NCBI GenBank assembly: GCA_964252035.1
Contig: OZ176205.1
DNA length: 64,000 bases
Strand: one strand, 5' to 3'
From: Podarcis erhardii
Lineage: Eukaryota
Both the position numbers and the translations under genes were made by a program. The stretch's first letter is position 1; the number at the start of each line of letters is the position of its first letter. Under the pieces are notes generated by a model that ran no database searches, had not been told where the DNA came from, and saw only the letters and a list, made by a program, of their open reading frames with translations. Shown piece by piece: positions 60,246 to 64,000 of the stretch.

Positions 60246-63200
60246 AAACATTGTAGGGGCTTTGAGTTGCCGTGGCAGAAAAGCGACTGATAAATTTAAT
60301 AAATGAATAAATAATAAAAGCAGTGTGGATTTTTCAGTACCAACACTGTAAATTTGTGTGTGTGTGTGTGTGTGCGTGTGTGTGTGTGTGTGTGTGTGCC
60401 TGATCTGGAACTTTCCTGCAGGGGCTTATGAGGGAAGGGTTAAGAAGGTTTTACTGAGGGGGAAGATTACTGACGAATATAAATTCCATCTTGAATTTTC
60501 TAATGATTTATCAGATTTACAATTTTCCTTCCCTGACAGTCACAGACCTAAGCAGCCATTCCAGAGACAAGTCAAAGGCTTGTCCCTCAGGTCAGTTAGA
60601 GCTCTGATTTTATTCTGTTACAAATACACTAGCCAATACATTTTTAAAAAGCTAACCATTTCATAGTACTTCATGCTAATACAAGGCCTATTTTCCTGTT
60701 TCTCTTGTAAAGAGTAATCTGACAAGGCAGCTACACCAGGACAGCTTCAGTTTTCACACACTCACACACAAAAACACACACACAGGCTTCCCTCTTCACC
60801 ATTAGGAAACCTCTCCAGTCATTCACAGTTTTGTCAATGGCTCTTGGTGGTATCTCATGGACATACACGTTCAAAAGCCTGGCAGTGGTTACTTGCTAAC
60901 ATTTACAAACATCCTTGTACAAACATACTGAGACTCTCTGCTGATCTTGCTTTGTCTAAATATATCCCAAGGAAATAGCTTGGCAGGGTTGTAAAACTTC
61001 ACAGCAACCAAATTAAAAGGGGGAATGAACATGAACAAGTGTAAAACAACAGGAAAAGAAAAAAGGAAGCCTGCACGCATGTATACACACACACACACAC
61101 ACACACACACGGGAGAGAAATTTAAGGCATTGTAGCCCTGCAGTGTTTGAAAGCTTTGAGGAAACCACTTGCTTGTTAAGTCATGTTAGCACATCAAAAT
61201 CAAAAACATTACAAAGAAATTTGCTGCAACTTGCATTCTATGGAATTTAAGTTTTGATGTGCTCTATTCAACAGAGCTGTCGTGTTCTGGAATAAGAAAC
61301 ATAACAGGTTAGGTCTTTAGCAGCATCCCCTGTAGCGTTTGTCTTCAGCTGTCCTCTCCCTCACCCGCATGAAAGCTGAAAGTGGAATATTATTCAGGAT
61401 CATGACAAAGAATTAGATGCTGACTGTACCGCCTGTACGTTCACGACATATACCAAAAACCAGGTCATGCAGACATACACCCCAAAAACATGGCAAGACA
61501 GAATACTCTCACCAAATATAGTTTTTCTAACTTTCTAAAGTTTGCTTTCATACTGACCAGGGTGTTCTTTCAAACTAGTAGTATGCTAAAAAGGGAGTAC
61601 GAGCAACAGCTTCATATTGCCATCTTCAGTCATTCATAATGCTAGCCAGCTGACTAGAAAATTCAACTCAGTTAAGCTGCTTAGCTCCCCTTACAACTTT
61701 TAGCATCTTTATCTATTTGTCATAAAAGCTGGTGGTAGAGAAGTGTTTTTAGAGATCATTCAAGCTATTCAGCAGCTGATTGTTTCCTTCCCCCTCCACC
61801 CCCACCCTCCATGGGTGGATAATGCTCCCAAGCGTAAGAACGCAAGATGTATACATTTGGCAGAGGAAAACAAGTGCGCTCATTTTGTGTTATGTCAACA
61901 AAGGGATTTAATAGTATGTCAGTAATCAAGCCACATAAACTACTTGGGAGATGGGTGGCGTGACATACGACAGCATGTCAGCTTCAAAGCATCTTTTTCC
62001 AAAAGCACAGAAAGAGTATACTCAGCGTTTAGTGCCTTGTATTGGAGCATTTCTGCCATGTCACGATGCCTCTAAGGCCAAACACTGCAGTTTTAAAGAC
62101 TTCAAATTTCAGTACAGTATATGCCAGCAACCATCCACTTTCCAGGGCCATCAGTACTACGCAAGCCAAACAGGTATATTTTCAAATTCTCCAGCAGTGT
62201 TAGTGGAATAATAACTATTAAAGAACTATACTTGGAGATGATGAAGTTGTTCAGAAGCAGAGACAACAGAATCTCTGTAGAAAGGAAGCACAAGGCAGTG
62301 CTATAGGGCAAGAGCGGCAAGTACAAATTTATTTTTTCACAAAGCCATCCCACTTGGGCTTCCAGGAGCACCCACCCCTTGCTCAAATCCCCGAGATATA
62401 GGGGTGGCATGGGAAGGTACAAGGCTGAGTGGCGGAAGACAGCCCTTTGGGAAGTCTGCTATTCCACAGGGCCAATCCCATTCAACCAGAGAGAGGCCTC
62501 CTCATAAATTATTGCCTGCTTGGGAGTAAGGGCCTACTCACAAGCAAAGCAACAGAGGCAGGAAGTTGGTGTGGCTTGAAAGGTAAAAAGACAGAAGAAC
62601 AGGGAGATCAGGGGAAAGGGAACTCTTTGTAGGCACAGGTGAAGGAGCGGGAAGCACTCTGCCCTCTTTCTCTGGCTGAGGCAAAAAGGGCCCAAGGCCT
62701 GCACCACCCACCTAGAAGCACCCAAAGGCTACATTCCCAAGGAAACCGCAACCACCCGGTACCAGAACCATCTAGGAGGCTTACTTTTGCTTCCAAACCT
62801 TGGGCAATTGCAAATGAGCAGAAACATCACTCTGCCGATCTAGCTTGCAAGGCATGGGTTACAGTTTTCAGCCATGCCAACCCACCAGTACAACATCCAT
62901 CTCCAATCTAAACAATTTAAAAAAGTTTATGAGCTCCCAACACTGCCAGAAGGACTCAAAAAGGTTTTCACCAAAGGCACATGCAATTAGCAGGCTTAAA
63001 AATGATGTACATACACAGGTATTAATTAACTATAAATTTTCGTCTAGTAATTCCACCAGCAGCAAACACTAGGCTCTGATCCAACAATCAATACTAGCCA
63101 TTTAAAGGCTCCACCTGCCAAAAAAGTTATATAAAATAAATATATAAAACTTTCATTAGATTCTGCAATGGCTTTAGAACAATTAATCTACCATTAATGT

Positions 63201-64000
63201 ATCAGGCGATATTGTTTGGTTTTATTGGCATGACAATTGACACCATCAATATTTCTTCACACCCTACACTATAGCTTCACTCCCATGCTACTCCAAGAGA
63301 GAAATTATGCCTCATTTTACTGCTGTACTGGCTCCCTCTGGGCCTGTATCTTCTGTTACTTACACACGCTTTAAAGAAAAAGCTTACAGCTCAATCTTCA
63401 GAGTTTTTAAAACAAAAGAAAAAAGCAAGGCAACAAAGCTGTTGGGAGAGGTAAATTGCCAGAGTTTCTGCAAAGTTGTGAGTATTAAAGCAGATGGGTG
63501 TTTACTCGCTGCAACACTTCTCACTTCATGTGCTATAACCACCATGTTGCAATTACCAAGGGTCACTCTGCCACATGGCTGATCAGTATACCTCCCGTCT
63601 GGACACACACATGTACTTGCATTTCATCTCTCTTTATGTTTAAAGATAAAATGCATCATAAGAGGAAACTAGATGATGAAGCTCTTCAAAATCCACCCCC
63701 CCCCCGAGATTCGAAACAATATAAATAAGGGGTGGGTGTGTAAAATACCACTCCTCTGAAGAAAAGAAAACAACAAAACAGCCAACAAAACACAAAGTTA
63801 AACACAAATGGGCAATACACTCAACTGGGCTTTGGGAGGCAACCATAGAATAAGGGAGGCTGATTCTCTTATGGAAAATACATACAATACAAGGCTTTAA
63901 AAGCAACGCAAAGTGGCCCCAACCGAAGGTATTAAAATCAAGAAAGATGCATTGAATATGCCTTCACCAGCCCCCCAAAAGATTCCAATTCGCAGCTTGA

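Noticed and set aside
38526-64000. Upstream SSBP3 exons 1-4 (LUFS/LisH domain)
   Set aside because: No matching peptide found by eye; they presumably lie beyond position 64000.

Overview
Vertebrate genomic DNA, most likely from a lacertid lizard (inferred from the Sauria-type SINEs and CR1/L1/MITE families present; species not determinable). The whole window lies inside one gene on the minus strand, SSBP3 (SSDP1, the LDB1-binding cofactor). Seven coding exons (homologous to human exons 5-11; 489 nt, 163 codons) were found by hand with intact GT-AG boundaries and compatible phases. The ORF track misses most of them because they are short. The rest is intron containing CR1, L1 and L2-like LINE fragments, several SINE families, Tc1/mariner, hAT and Harbinger-type MITEs, microsatellites and one 196-N gap. 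There are no prokaryotic features, CRISPR arrays or functional rRNA/tRNA genes. The best leads are: (1) a dual branch-point, dual-acceptor switch at exon 10 adding an in-frame TDPWLSLQ peptide; (2) a hidden 134-codon in-phase exon candidate in intron 9 with RBFOX motifs; (3) a Harbinger-like MITE carrying a full bipartite CTCF motif; (4) SINEs with different tRNA heads on the same CR1 tail. None of these is shown to be a new system; all are hypotheses from sequence alone.
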